DNA of 64,000 nucleotides from Bacteriovoracaceae bacterium (GTDB lineage Bacteria; Bdellovibrionota; Bacteriovoracia; Bacteriovoracales; Bacteriovoracaceae). Shown in pieces: positions 1-10,844 of this stretch (its first letter is position 1; each line of letters starts with the position of its first letter). The stretch covers positions 34,855 to 98,854 of the forward strand of contig JBFGZE010000003.1 of assembly GCA_041586955.1 (NCBI GenBank), given 5' to 3'. The notes beneath the pieces are model-generated. The model had not been told where the DNA came from. It saw nothing but the letters and a program-made list of their open reading frames with translations, and did no database searches. The position numbers and the translations under genes were made by a program.

Positions 1-64
1 CGTAATCGCGGACACTGGAGCCACCAAATTTTGCGATTGTTAATTCATCCACAAATACTGAACC

Positions 65-1750
65 CTAATCTCGTTTAAGTTTTTTATAGGTATGCCTTTG
101 CGGATTAAGAGCATTTTCACCTAAACGGCGCTTTTTATCCTCTTCATAATCCGAAAAGTTACCGTCAAACCAGACCACTTCACTATCGCTTTCAAAGGCC
201 ATAATATGAGTTGCAATACGATCTAAGAAAAACCTATCGTGGGAGATCACCACGGCACAACCAGGATAATCTACTAAAGCTTTTTCTAAGGCCTGCAGAG
301 TATTAACATCGAGATCATTGGTGGGCTCATCAAGAAGGAGGACATTCCCCTCTTGCTTGAGCACAGAGGCCAAATGAACGCGATTTCTTTCTCCACCAGA
401 TAATTCGCTCACCAATTTTTTCTGGTCTTCACCAGAAAAATTAAATTTCGCGATATAGGCCCGAGAATTGACCTTATGCCCACCAATATCCATAAACTCC
501 GTCCCTCCTGAAACCACATCATAAATGGTATGAGAGGGGTCGAGATCACGACCTTGATCCACGTAGGATAGTTTAACAGTTTCCCCTACTTTAAAGGTTC
601 CAGCGTCGGCCTTTTCTTGCTCCATAATAAGTTTGAAAAGAGTCGTTTTACCAGCACCGTTGGGCCCAATGATGCCAACAATACCACCAGGGGGAAGTTT
701 AAAAGTGAGATTTTCATAAAGAATTCGATCGTCAAAGGCCTTCTTAATACCACAGGCCTCTAAAACCATGTCACCAAGACGCGGCCCGGGGGGGATAAAG
801 AGTTCATTCATCTCAACTCTTTGCTCCTTCGATTCTTTAAGACGTTCTTCGTAATTTTTAATACGTGCCTTACTTTTTGCCTGCCGCGCTTTAGGAGAGG
901 CATTAATCCATTCGAGCTCCTCTTTCATTGCGCGTTGCCGTTTTGATTCTGTCTTTTCCTCTTTCTCCAAACGTTTCGCTTTTTGTTCAAGCCAGCCACT
1001 ATAATTCCCTTCAAAAGGAATACCTTCACCACGGTCTAATTCTAAAATCCAACCGGCGACATTATCGAGGAAATAACGATCATGGGTTACGGCAATAACA
1101 GTGCCTTTATATTGTTGTAAATGTCTTTCTAACCACCAAACAGTTTCTGCATCGAGGTGGTTGGTCGGTTCATCTAATAAAAGAATATCGGGCTCACGAA
1201 GAAGAAGGCGACAAAGGGCAACTCTTCTTTTCTCACCACCAGAGAGGACCCCACATTTAGCATCGGCCGGCGGACAGCGAAGAGCTTCCATTGCCAACTC
1301 AAGGCGAGAATCAAGATCCCAGGCCTGACTGGCATCGAGCTTATCTTGAAGCTTGGCCTGCTTTTCAAGAAGAGCGTTCATTTCATCATCACTCATCTCT
1401 TCGGCGAATTTCGCGGAAATTTCGTCAAATTGAGTCAATAGATCAACAACTTCTTGAACCCCTTCCTGCACAACTTCTTTAACCGTTTTATTGTCATCTA
1501 GTTTTGGCTCTTGCTCCAAAAGGCCCACAGTATAACCTTTGGACAAATGGGTTTCGCCCAGATGGTCATCATCAAGACCGGCCAAGATTCTAAGAAGAGT
1601 CGATTTCCCCGCACCATTAAGGCCGAGAACACCAATTTTGGCACCATAAAAATATGACAAACTAATATTCTTGAGAACGTGTTTTTGCTTATAGACTTTT
1701 CCAACTCGGTTCATCGAGTAGATAATTTGCTTATCATTTACTTGCGCCAT
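65..1750 (-). CDS. ettA: Energy-dependent translational throttle EttA (ABC-F ATPase)
   Basis: Two ABC cassettes ([33 protein letters not shown]), no TM segments, EttA-typical '[16 protein letters not shown]' and '[15 protein letters not shown]'. Confidence 0.95.
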   Translation of the reverse strand: MAQVNDKQIIYSMNRVGKVYKQKHVLKNISLSYFYGAKIGVLGLNGAGKSTLLRILAGLDDDHLGETHLSKGYTVGLLEQEPKLDDNKTVKEVVQEGVQEVVDLLTQFDEISAKFAEEMSDDEMNALLEKQAKLQDKLDASQAWDLDSRLELAMEALRCPPADAKCGVLSGGEKRRVALCRLLLREPDILLLDEPTNHLDAETVWWLERHLQQYKGTVIAVTHDRYFLDNVAGWILELDRGEGIPFEGNYSGWLEQKAKRLEKEEKTESKRQRAMKEELEWINASPKARQAKSKARIKNYEERLKESKEQRVEMNELFIPPGPRLGDMVLEACGIKKAFDDRILYENLTFKLPPGGIVGIIGPNGAGKTTLFKLIMEQEKADAGTFKVGETVKLSYVDQGRDLDPSHTIYDVVSGGTEFMDIGGHKVNSRAYIAKFNFSGEDQKKLVSELSGGERNRVHLASVLKQEGNVLLLDEPTNDLDVNTLQALEKALVDYPGCAVVISHDRFFLDRIATHIMAFESDSEVVWFDGNFSDYEEDKKRRLGENALNPQRHTYKKLKRD

Positions 1751-1802
1751 AAATATCTCCTTAAAATTAAGCTTTATTTATAGCATGGAGTTTATACTTC
1801 AT

Positions 1803-2732
1803 CTAGCCCAAGACGCATGCCATTAGTCCTAAAACAAAGGCCAAAAACCCAAGGAGCAGAAATAGCGCCGAAAACAGTAGTTGACCTCCTGCAATCAAAG
1901 TTTGAAACTTCTTTTGACGCTCCTCGAGAAGGAACCATGAATGATGTAAAAGGCGCTTAACCTCCTCGCGAATAGGCCGCCCATTATGACTCCAATTATT
2001 TAAAAGCTCTCTTAATTGCTCGGTTAAATCAATTAAGCTTTTTTCAGGCCGTTGCCATAATTCATGACAAGCGCTGCGCTCCAAAATGGCCTTAATTGGT
2101 AGACCTGTTTCACATAACGCCATCAAGCGTAAAAGAGCAGCCAAGGTTTTTTCATGAGCGAAAAAATAGGTCTGCCTTAATTTTTTGAGCCATAAAAAGA
2201 AGAGCATCATACCTATTAATTGCCATAAAATGACCCCTCCCTTAAGCCATAAGGGAATGATGATCTGTAAATGTTTTTCACTGAGAATCATAAAGGAGGT
2301 TGTGATCAAGGCCATCGCCACCATTTGCAAGAGACCTTGGGATACCATCCGATTACTCATTACTTCAAATTGTTCCTCCTTTCCTAAAAAAGTCATCAAC
2401 TCACGGCCTATTTTTTGCTTAGGAAATCCTAATTGGCGGTGTAGGCCAATTAGATCTTCAATAAGAAAAGAATAAAATTTAAAGGTGGGAAACTCCTGAT
2501 CGGAGGAAAACGAACCACTTCCGGTCCATTTTAAAACAATTCGCAATAAAAAACGCGCTCCTTGAGTCTGGGACGTAGGCCCATATTGACGGCAATAACC
2601 ACTTAATTTGCCGAATAAATCCCCTAGAATTGACCACTTGGACCAAGGAATGAGGAGACAAATAAAAAAAATAATTATAATAATAATGGCTTTCATCACT
2701 CCCCCTATGAGCAGGTTTGATGCCAGGCCCAT
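1803..2732 (-). CDS. Membrane protein, possibly GspF/PilC/TadB-C-like platform protein
   Basis: Alternating TM and soluble segments, 'LCETGLPIKAIL' reminiscent of T2SS-F domain; true start probably MKAIII (~2696). Confidence 0.35.
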   Translation of the reverse strand: MGLASNLLIGGVMKAIIIIIIFFICLLIPWSKWSILGDLFGKLSGYCRQYGPTSQTQGARFLLRIVLKWTGSGSFSSDQEFPTFKFYSFLIEDLIGLHRQLGFPKQKIGRELMTFLGKEEQFEVMSNRMVSQGLLQMVAMALITTSFMILSEKHLQIIIPLWLKGGVILWQLIGMMLFFLWLKKLRQTYFFAHEKTLAALLRLMALCETGLPIKAILERSACHELWQRPEKSLIDLTEQLRELLNNWSHNGRPIREEVKRLLHHSWFLLEERQKKFQTLIAGGQLLFSALFLLLGFLAFVLGLMACVLG

Positions 2733-2779
2733 AGGAATTTAATATTGACGATACTCGTCAAAGAGGTTAATCAATAACC

Positions 2780-3046
2780 ATGAACCAAGAGCAACACACC
2801 CCTCATTCTTCGAGCAAAGATTTATCCATCCTCAAGGAGCTCTCTTTAAGTGAGCTGCATGAGAGAATCAGTCAATTAGAGTACTTATCGCAAAACTTTG
2901 ATCCCTTCGGATCTAAGGATGACTTTAATGATGTTCTCAAAGTCTTCAGTCTTGAAACCCTAGAAGACCCATTCGCTCTCACCAATCAAATTATTTTTCT
3001 TTTAGAGAATGCGCTTGAAGAATTACAAAAAAGGGGCCGTATTTGA
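2780..3046 (+). CDS. Hypothetical protein
   Basis: 88-aa acidic helical ORF; stop overlaps start of next gene. Confidence 0.6.
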   Translation: MNQEQHTPHSSSKDLSILKELSLSELHERISQLEYLSQNFDPFGSKDDFNDVLKVFSLETLEDPFALTNQIIFLLENALEELQKRGRI

Positions 3047-4239
3047 ATCTCAAAGGACTCACTTCTGTGCGCTTGCACCCAGCTTCTATTAAATACCTAG
3101 GTAAGGGCCATCCTTGGATCACAGAAGACCAATACACGGAGAAATTTCCAAAGGGCGCAAAATTTTTAATTGGTGGTAAAGAGTTTGTGCTTTTACACGA
3201 TCCCACCCATAAGAAGATCAAAGCGCGCCTTTGGCGAAAATGGGATCACTCGATTAAAACTTTTGACTTTAAAAGAGATCTCAATAAACGCATTGAAAAG
3301 GCCTTGGCCCAAAGACAAGAGCAGAATATCGCTAGTGATAGAGATAATTATTATCTGATCTTTGGTGAAACTGATGCCATCCCAGGGATCTATGTTCAAA
3401 AAATCAAAGGCCATATCCTATTACAAACCCAAATGGATTTTTGGAAACCTTATTTAGGAGATATTGTCCGTAAAATTAGAGAGGCCTTTCCCGAACAAGA
3501 ACTTATTGTCTGGTGGCAAAAACGTGATCAAACAGCACAGGCAAAATGGATCCCCTTTGCCCATGAACAGGAATCCGCTAATTTCGTTATTAAAGAATAT
3601 GATATTAATTATCAAATCAAATTAGGGCCTCATTACGATTTTGGCATCTATACCGATATGGCGGCCATCCGTGGCCAATTACCACAAAAACAATTGGAAA
3701 ATAAAAAGGTTCTTAACCTTTTCGCCTATACTGGCGCCTTCTCTCTTTTTGCTCTCAAAAATCAAGCGGCAGAGGTGACTTCAGTTGACCTCTCTAAGGT
3801 TTATTCAACATGGCTTGAAGAAAATATCGATCTTAATCCAGACCTTGATAAAAGCAAGCACCAAATGATCACAATGCCGACAATTAAAGCGCTCAACCGA
3901 TTGATTAAGGAAGAAAAATCATTTGACCTCATCATTTGTGACCCACCCTCGGCCAGTTCTGATGGCAAGAAAATGACGAGTGCAATTAGGGGCTACGAGC
4001 AATTAATGCCTTTGATTGCCAAACTTCTTGCCCCTCACGGAACGGTAATAACCTTTATTAACACCCATAGTATTAATTTAGATCAATACCGCCGCAAGAT
4101 GAATCAATACATTCATAAAAACGAGCTACATCTTAAGAGTCAGAAAATTTATCAATTAAATTCTGATTGTCCCACTCTTGCGACTTTTCCTGAGGGAAAT
4201 TATCTCAAGGGTATTTGTTTCAAAAAATTAGATAAATAA
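3043..4239 (+). CDS. SAM-dependent rRNA methyltransferase, RlmI/RlmK-like
   Basis: PUA-like N-terminus (GHPWI), 'VLNLFAYTGAFS' SAM motif, 'IICDPPS'. Confidence 0.85.
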   Translation: MNLKGLTSVRLHPASIKYLGKGHPWITEDQYTEKFPKGAKFLIGGKEFVLLHDPTHKKIKARLWRKWDHSIKTFDFKRDLNKRIEKALAQRQEQNIASDRDNYYLIFGETDAIPGIYVQKIKGHILLQTQMDFWKPYLGDIVRKIREAFPEQELIVWWQKRDQTAQAKWIPFAHEQESANFVIKEYDINYQIKLGPHYDFGIYTDMAAIRGQLPQKQLENKKVLNLFAYTGAFSLFALKNQAAEVTSVDLSKVYSTWLEENIDLNPDLDKSKHQMITMPTIKALNRLIKEEKSFDLIICDPPSASSDGKKMTSAIRGYEQLMPLIAKLLAPHGTVITFINTHSINLDQYRRKMNQYIHKNELHLKSQKIYQLNSDCPTLATFPEGNYLKGICFKKLDK

Positions 4240-4378
4240 ATCAACTTTGCTTGAGTATTGCCGCCTGGCACTTGTTTCATGATATAGCTCACCTTCATGA
4301 GCAAGATGAGTCATCACGAAATTCCTCATTTTCCTTTAAGCTAAAGTCTAGAAAGTAAGGCATGCGCAGGAGGCTATC

Positions 4379-5146
4379 TTGATGGAATTATCACAGAGAA
4401 TTTTAAAACGAGCACAAACGCCACTATATCTAGAATCGACAGTCGAAAAAGAGGCCTTCCTGGCGGAAAAACGCCCCCATTCTTTTTCAACATCTGTGGA
4501 GACCAAAAATGATGGGGAAATTACCCTCTTCGGATTGATTGATGAAAATCAGGTGCCTCCTCAGTTTTTGGCGATTAAATATACAGGAAACCTTAAACAA
4601 GAGGTTTTGGCCTTAGTCGATGTCTTTGTTGAATTCTCAACAGGAAAAGATATAAGAGGAATTAAGGCACTCTCTCTAAGAGAGATAGATAGTTTTTTAC
4701 GAGACAATAACCTCCATTCGGCCTTCCCTGAAAATAACACAAACCTTTTAATACTTTTTGACCAATTAAAAAAGGCCCTGGAAAAAGTCATTGAGGCCGA
4801 TGACCAAAGGCCAGCTGGTGAAAAGATCTCGCCAACCATCAACAGAGACTATAAAAACAAAGGTTCTTATTATCCTTATAATAATAAGAATAACTATCAT
4901 GATCTTGACCAGGGAGAAAAGGCCCAATTAATTGCTCAGATTATTGAAGATCATATCGCCACCCCTTTAAGTCGAGATGGTGGAGGAATATATTGTGTTT
5001 TTACCGATGATAATTTAGTGGTGATAGAATACTTAGGGGCATGTCAGGGTTGTTTATCATCCTTGACCACCACAATGAATTTCATTCAAAGGGTTTTCCA
5101 ATTGGAAACCGGTGCCCCTGGTATTCTCGTTATGACAGATTCTTAG
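4379..5146 (+). CDS. Protein with C-terminal NifU/NfuA-like Fe-S domain
   Basis: 'LSRDGGGI...YLGACQGC' NifU-C signature at C-terminus. Confidence 0.75.
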   Translation: MMELSQRILKRAQTPLYLESTVEKEAFLAEKRPHSFSTSVETKNDGEITLFGLIDENQVPPQFLAIKYTGNLKQEVLALVDVFVEFSTGKDIRGIKALSLREIDSFLRDNNLHSAFPENNTNLLILFDQLKKALEKVIEADDQRPAGEKISPTINRDYKNKGSYYPYNNKNNYHDLDQGEKAQLIAQIIEDHIATPLSRDGGGIYCVFTDDNLVVIEYLGACQGCLSSLTTTMNFIQRVFQLETGAPGILVMTDS

Positions 5147-5168
5147 ACAATGGCATCGATAGTTGCCA

Positions 5169-5654
5169 TTAATTTTTTTCTTGGGCATTTTCAAATAGTG
5201 GCAACATAATCAAGTCACCATCACCATGAACATCATTTATCTTCTCTGCCATTTTATAAAGAATATTGTTCTCTTTATCGATATGCTCCAATAATATTTG
5301 AGCATATTCATAAACATAAATTTTAAATTGCTCCCACGACTCTTCGTCACCGCCTTGGACTTTTTGTAGTGTTAAACTGGCCCTATCGACAATTTCCCGG
5401 CTCTTGTCGTGCTCTCCTAGCATACAGCGAAGAGGCCCATTTTCAAGATCCGGTTCTTTAGAGCGCATCCATAAGAAATAAATATCTTCTTCCTTAGCGT
5501 GATGATAATCATCAGCGTAACTTTTTAAAAAATGAAGAAAGGTCGTCCAATACTTCAAATCATGCCAATTTTCAGTGTCTAAAAAGCGCAGGGCATCGTT
5601 AATCGTATTGGAAATAACTTGATGCTCTTCTTTAAGAATTTCTGTCGCTTTCAT
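5169..5654 (-). CDS. Hemerythrin/HHE cation-binding domain protein
   Basis: EEH..., HHAKEE...LF, EH..., HIDKEN...LY motifs; 1 nt downstream of narK-doxX. Confidence 0.9.
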   Translation of the reverse strand: MKATEILKEEHQVISNTINDALRFLDTENWHDLKYWTTFLHFLKSYADDYHHAKEEDIYFLWMRSKEPDLENGPLRCMLGEHDKSREIVDRASLTLQKVQGGDEESWEQFKIYVYEYAQILLEHIDKENNILYKMAEKINDVHGDGDLIMLPLFENAQEKN

Positions 5655-5655
5655 A

Positions 5656-7425
5656 TCACTTCCTCTGAGAGTTTAAAACATAATCTAAGGAGAACTTGCC
5701 ACTACCTGCCCAACTAAATGCCGCTAAACAAACCAACACTAATAAGGAGAATTGAAAGTCCTGGCCATGGGATAACATGCCATCCACCCCATGAATGAAA
5801 AATGTGGCACCAAATAGAACAGGAAGGTTCAATACGGCAAATGTCCGTGTGGCAAAACCTAGTAACAAGGAGATCCCTCCGGCAATATGTGCGAAAATCA
5901 CGTACCAACTGGTGACATTTTGAAAATGCCCCATATGGCCAGTCATACTTTCAATCGTCTGCATATTGAGGATGAAATAGATTCCCTTAATCGCCAATGC
6001 CCCCCCTAAAAAGACTCGTAACATATCGAGGGGGTTAAAAGTGGTGAGAAAATCTGGAACAAGACGAGGTCTCCCTTCTTTACTGCCTTCGTAAGCTGCA
6101 TCAATGGCAGCTTGCGTACGAACGGCTTCATCGTGAGCGAGTTTTGCGGCCTTCTCTTCAGCGGTCGAAAATGTAACAAAAAGAGCTGCAAAAGAAAATA
6201 AAAGGACTAATACTCCCAGGATAAGAAGTGCCTGTGGCCAGCTTAACTCAGGGGAGCGAAAAAGAAAACCTGCTCCAACCGCTCCCATATTACCGCCAGC
6301 ACCAACAATACCTGATACAGACCCAAGTGCTTTTTTATTAATAAAAGGAACAACGGAATAAGTCGCCCCCTCAGACATTTGCACGAAAAGCGAAAAGATC
6401 ACCATGGTGCCGATCGCGACGGGGAGAACTTTAACTTGAGAAAATATAATAAGAGCGAAACCTTCTACAACAAGGGCCATAAATAACCAGCGAACCCTTC
6501 CCTTAAGTCCCCATTTATGTCCAAACTTATCCCCAATAATTCCACCTGTGGTACGGGCAAAAATATTCATGAGTCCAAAAAGTCCGGCGACAAGACCAGC
6601 TGTTTTAACACCGAGTCCGAAGTAATCTTTATAATAAAGAGCGGCAATATTATTGAGGGTCAATTCAATACCAAAGCTAGCCGCGTAAACCAGAAATAGC
6701 ATCCAAACACGATGATCTTTACAGGCATCCATGAAGGAACCACCATTTTTGGAAAGTTTCTTACGAGCAGCAGTAATGCCAAGATCCTTATAATTCCCAT
6801 CTGGTAAATCAGTTGTTAAAAAATAATAAGCGACACCTGTAAGCATACAAACACCACCCGCCACAACCATGGATAATCGCCATGACCAAAAGGTGGAAAC
6901 ACCCCAACCAACAAAAGATGCAAAGACGATAGGCATCACCATTTGAGTAATGCCTCCACCAAGATTCCCCCACCCGGCGGAGGTCGCATTCGCCGTACCG
7001 ACACAATTGGGAGCAAACATAACGGAAGTATGAAATTGCGTGATCACAAATGCGGCACCGATGGCACCAATACCTAGCCGAAATAAAAGGAAGGTTTCAT
7101 AAGAGTTAGCAAACCCAATTCCCATGACAGGTAATGACCCAAGCATAAGTAACCAGGTATAACATAAACGCGGACCAATTTTATCACATAACCAGCCAAT
7201 AAAGAGTCGGGCCAGGATGGTAATGGAAACCGACGCAATAATAGTGTTGCCAATTTGAGTTTTAGTTAAATGCAATTCGTCTCTAACAATCGCCATGAGA
7301 GGAGCAATACCAAACCAGGCGAAAAAACAAAGAAAGAAGGAAAACCAAGACATGTGAAAGGCACGCATCTGAGGTGTTGAAAAGTTAAAAAGATCAATTC
7401 TCGTTGCTTTGTTTTTAATTTCCAT
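5656..7425 (-). CDS. narK: Nitrate/nitrite MFS transporter (NRT2/NarK1-like) fused to C-terminal DoxX-family domain
   Basis: 'MRAFHMSW', nitrate signature 'AGWGNLGGG', 'GIVGAGGNMG'; residues ~465-589 'LRVFLGG...AHIAGG.SLLLGF.TR...GSGKFSLD' are DoxX-like. Confidence 0.9.
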   Translation of the reverse strand: MEIKNKATRIDLFNFSTPQMRAFHMSWFSFFLCFFAWFGIAPLMAIVRDELHLTKTQIGNTIIASVSITILARLFIGWLCDKIGPRLCYTWLLMLGSLPVMGIGFANSYETFLLFRLGIGAIGAAFVITQFHTSVMFAPNCVGTANATSAGWGNLGGGITQMVMPIVFASFVGWGVSTFWSWRLSMVVAGGVCMLTGVAYYFLTTDLPDGNYKDLGITAARKKLSKNGGSFMDACKDHRVWMLFLVYAASFGIELTLNNIAALYYKDYFGLGVKTAGLVAGLFGLMNIFARTTGGIIGDKFGHKWGLKGRVRWLFMALVVEGFALIIFSQVKVLPVAIGTMVIFSLFVQMSEGATYSVVPFINKKALGSVSGIVGAGGNMGAVGAGFLFRSPELSWPQALLILGVLVLLFSFAALFVTFSTAEEKAAKLAHDEAVRTQAAIDAAYEGSKEGRPRLVPDFLTTFNPLDMLRVFLGGALAIKGIYFILNMQTIESMTGHMGHFQNVTSWYVIFAHIAGGISLLLGFATRTFAVLNLPVLFGATFFIHGVDGMLSHGQDFQFSLLVLVCLAAFSWAGSGKFSLDYVLNSQRK

Positions 7426-7454
7426 AATGGCCTCGACTAACTCAAAAAATTAAA

Positions 7455-9053
7455 CTAAGGATTCTTATAATCTGCTTTTGGCCCTAAGTAATACCACCAA
7501 TTGATTATGGCACAGAGGGCGTAAAATACAGCAAAACCATAAAGAGCATATTCAGGAGTTGTCGCCTTAATCTGCTCACCAAACACTTTAGGAATAATAA
7601 AGGCCCCATAAGCGGCCACAGCAGAAGTCCATCCCAGTACAGGTCCTCTCTGCTCTTCATTAAAAATCACAGCAATAGTCCTAAAGGTCGAACCATTACC
7701 AACACCGGTCGCTGTAAATAAAAGGAGAAATAATAAAAAGAAAGGCATAAAGTAGACTTCCGGTGTTTCAGAAATATAAGCAGCATGCATATAATGAGCA
7801 ACGCCAAGTGACGCCACGACCATAGTGATAGCACAAATTTGAGTAACAAGAGCTCCACCAAACTTATCCGAAATCTTGCCACCAATAGGACGAATAAGAG
7901 CGCCAATAAATGGGGCCAACCAAGCATATGCTAAAGCTGAAGGCCCGTTGGGGTTGATGATAGAGTGATCAAACCCTCCTCCTGCAGTGGCAACATGCTT
8001 AAAACCAAAGATAACTTTAATCGCCAAAGGGAAGGCAGCAGAAAAACCAATAAAAGAGCCGAAAGTCATGGTGTAGATGACAGTCATAACCCAGTTATGC
8101 TTATTGCCAAAAATCTTATATTGCCTGGTTAGTGATTCCTTTAATTGACCGGGTGAAAGAAACTTCATTAAATTGACGGTTAATGCAATAACTAGGGGCA
8201 AAACAATCCACTTAGAAACGCCCACCTTCAATAAAAGAACCAGTCCAATAATCGCGGAAACAAATCCTAAGAGTAATAGCCATGACATTTTAGCAATAGC
8301 GCCGGCGGTAGAGCCCAGGTCTGGTGAAACCACTTCATTTTTAATATTATTCATTTTAAAAAATGCTAAAACGGAAGTCACAATTAAGATGGGGACCCAT
8401 ATAAAACCAGCATTATGAATAAAGGACATTTCACCTGCGGGAATTTTACCAATTAATGAACCACTTGGTTTGATAAGTTCCATTGGAACGCCACCAAATA
8501 GCCCAAAAGTCATCACTAAGGGAACTAAAATCTGCATCGTGGTCACACCAAAATTACCGAGTCCGGCATTGAGCCCGAGTGCCATTCCTTGAACTTTTTT
8601 TGGATAGAAGTAGGAAATATTACTCATGGAGGAGGCAAAGTTTCCGCCACCAATCCCCGATAAAAGGGCCAAGATCTGGAAAACCCATAAAGGAGTGTTT
8701 TGATCTTGAAGAGCAAGGCCGACCCCAAGAGCGGGTAAAATTAAAAGTGCCGAAGTAAAAAAGATAGTGTTCCGGCCACCACAGGGACGAATAAAAAAGG
8801 TGCTCGGGATACGAAGAGTGGCGCCAGTCAACCCAGCAATCGCCATTAGCGAAAATAATTGCGCTTTTTCAAATGGGAAACCCACATTAAGCATTTGAAC
8901 TGTAATAATGCTCCATTGCAGCCAAATGGCAAATCCACATAAAAGGTTGGGAATAGAAATCCATAAATTCCAATTCGCAATAGATTTACCTTTTGATTCC
9001 CAAAACTCAGGGTCTTCGACCCGCCAATCCGTTAAATCTCTATTACCTGCCAT
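7455..9053 (-). CDS. narK: Nitrate/nitrite antiporter (NarK2/NarU type)
   Basis: 'WRVEDPEFW', 'NLWISIP', 'GGGNFASSMSNIS', 'GLNAGLGN', 'TFGSFIGFS', 'GNGSTF'. Confidence 0.95.
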   Translation of the reverse strand: MAGNRDLTDWRVEDPEFWESKGKSIANWNLWISIPNLLCGFAIWLQWSIITVQMLNVGFPFEKAQLFSLMAIAGLTGATLRIPSTFFIRPCGGRNTIFFTSALLILPALGVGLALQDQNTPLWVFQILALLSGIGGGNFASSMSNISYFYPKKVQGMALGLNAGLGNFGVTTMQILVPLVMTFGLFGGVPMELIKPSGSLIGKIPAGEMSFIHNAGFIWVPILIVTSVLAFFKMNNIKNEVVSPDLGSTAGAIAKMSWLLLLGFVSAIIGLVLLLKVGVSKWIVLPLVIALTVNLMKFLSPGQLKESLTRQYKIFGNKHNWVMTVIYTMTFGSFIGFSAAFPLAIKVIFGFKHVATAGGGFDHSIINPNGPSALAYAWLAPFIGALIRPIGGKISDKFGGALVTQICAITMVVASLGVAHYMHAAYISETPEVYFMPFFLLFLLLFTATGVGNGSTFRTIAVIFNEEQRGPVLGWTSAVAAYGAFIIPKVFGEQIKATTPEYALYGFAVFYALCAIINWWYYLGPKADYKNP

Positions 9054-9076
9054 AATATTTCCCCTCTTCTAATATT

Positions 9077-10270
9077 TTATTGGTGTAAATGTATTCCTTC
9101 TTTTAAGTAAGGGTCGTTCACGGCAACAAGCTTCACTCTTTTTAAATCGCGCGCGATAAAAAGAGCAAAGAAACAACCAAATCCCACGGCCATCCCCACT
9201 TCAATTAGGCCAATCTGAGGATTAGTCACACCGGAATGGCCATAAACATCTGGCGCAACCATCAGGTATAAATCAAGCCAACGACCAATAATCAGCAAAA
9301 TACAAACACGCGATAAGATAAAGCGGCTGCGCTTAGCATCCCTTGTCATTAAGGCAAAGAATGGAATGATCCAATTGATGGCAAAATTAAAATAGAATAA
9401 CCAATCCCAAGTATGTTTTTCTCGGGAGATATAATAAAGAGTTTCTTCTGGAATGTTTGAGTACCAAATGAGGAGATATTGGCTAAGCCAGATATAGGCC
9501 CAAAATGTAGTAAAAGCAAAAATAAACTTACCTAAGTCATGAAGATTATGATCGCTAACTGCGCCCTTTAAATAACCTCTCCCTTGTAGCCAAATCACCA
9601 TAAAAGTCACAGTGGCAAGGGCACTAATAAACATACCCGAAAAATTTTGGATACCATAAATAGTGCTATACCAATGGGGTTTTAAAGACATTAGCCAATC
9701 AAATGAAGCGAATGAATAAGTCAGTGCATAGGACACAAGAAAAATCGAGCTCCACTTGATGACTTGAGTGGTATGACTAGTCGAACCATCATCATCTTGT
9801 TTCTGTGAATAGTATTTGATCATTTTGCTGGTGACAATCCAAACGACAAAAAAGATCACCATGCGAATCATAAAAAAGGGCGTATTAAGATAGGGCGTTT
9901 TAGAGCGTAGGATTTCATCCTTTAAAACCAGATCGTGATGAGTCCATTCATAAAGAGAATGAAGTCCAAAGAAAAGTCCTAGCATCAGAATAAACCCAAC
10001 TGGTAAAAATACTGTTAACGATTCTGACACTCTTTTAAACGGAGCTCCCCAAGCGGCATTTGAAACTGAGGCGATCGCTACAATAAGAGTTCCCCCTAAA
10101 GCGAGAGAAACAAAGTAAACAGAATTGACGAGATAGTTAATCCACATCCTCTGTCCGTCGGTAATAATCCCCCAAACGGTACAGAGAACACCCAATAAAA
10201 CACCGAATAAAAGAAGCCCTTGAGTCTTTGAGCTAAATTTAAATTCCTTTTGATTGATTTCCATTTTCAT
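9077..10270 (-). CDS. actF: Alternative complex III subunit ActF
   Basis: ~10 TM NrfD-paralog; 'DWLMSL.PHWYST', 'HDLGKF', 'QYLLIWYSNIPEET'. Confidence 0.9.
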   Translation of the reverse strand: MKMEINQKEFKFSSKTQGLLLFGVLLGVLCTVWGIITDGQRMWINYLVNSVYFVSLALGGTLIVAIASVSNAAWGAPFKRVSESLTVFLPVGFILMLGLFFGLHSLYEWTHHDLVLKDEILRSKTPYLNTPFFMIRMVIFFVVWIVTSKMIKYYSQKQDDDGSTSHTTQVIKWSSIFLVSYALTYSFASFDWLMSLKPHWYSTIYGIQNFSGMFISALATVTFMVIWLQGRGYLKGAVSDHNLHDLGKFIFAFTTFWAYIWLSQYLLIWYSNIPEETLYYISREKHTWDWLFYFNFAINWIIPFFALMTRDAKRSRFILSRVCILLIIGRWLDLYLMVAPDVYGHSGVTNPQIGLIEVGMAVGFGCFFALFIARDLKRVKLVAVNDPYLKEGIHLHQ

Positions 10271-10286
10271 TATCTCACTCTAGAAG

Positions 10287-10844
10287 TTATTTTTTCCTAT
10301 AAGTTTCTTGAATATAATTCACATATTGCACAAGAAACCAACGGTCTTTAGAATTAATCTGCTCCTTATGAGATGGCATATCACCAGAACCTTCTGTAAT
10401 AATGTGATATAAGCGACCATCTTCATACTTCAATAAGCGCTTCGCCGTTAATGAGGGAGGATTGGGAAATTTAGGTATTAAAGGGCCATCCCCTTTACCT
10501 TGGACCCCATGGCAGGCCAGGCAATAATTTGTATATAGAGACCGTCCTCTTTCCAGACCTTGCTTGGTTTCTGCAAAGGGATTGACCAATTCCTGACCTG
10601 CTCTTTTTGCTTCTGCCTCACCTTTCCCATAGGGAAAAGGAAGTTTATTCCGAGCAATCGAGCCCTCTGGTGGTAATTGATTGGTTTTTCCATCGGCCAT
10701 GATACTGTTTTCAGAATAGGCCTCATAACCTACGGAATGCACCATGTCGGGAAAAATCTCAATACCTGTTTCATCAGGATTACGACTACATCCGCTACTA
10801 ATTAAAAGTAAGGTCACAATAATATAAATTCCAACTTTATCCAT
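10287..10844 (-). CDS. actE: Alternative complex III mono-heme cytochrome c lipoprotein ActE
   Basis: Lipobox SSGC, 'PDMVHS', 'PPEGSIAR', single CLACH, distal Met (GDMP). Confidence 0.9.
   Translation of the reverse strand: MDKVGIYIIVTLLLISSGCSRNPDETGIEIFPDMVHSVGYEAYSENSIMADGKTNQLPPEGSIARNKLPFPYGKGEAEAKRAGQELVNPFAETKQGLERGRSLYTNYCLACHGVQGKGDGPLIPKFPNPPSLTAKRLLKYEDGRLYHIITEGSGDMPSHKEQINSKDRWFLVQYVNYIQETYRKK

Noticed and set aside
4279..4292. ATGATATAGCTCAC box upstream of NifU-like gene
   Set aside because: Matches the motif but no -10 at the expected distance; may be chance
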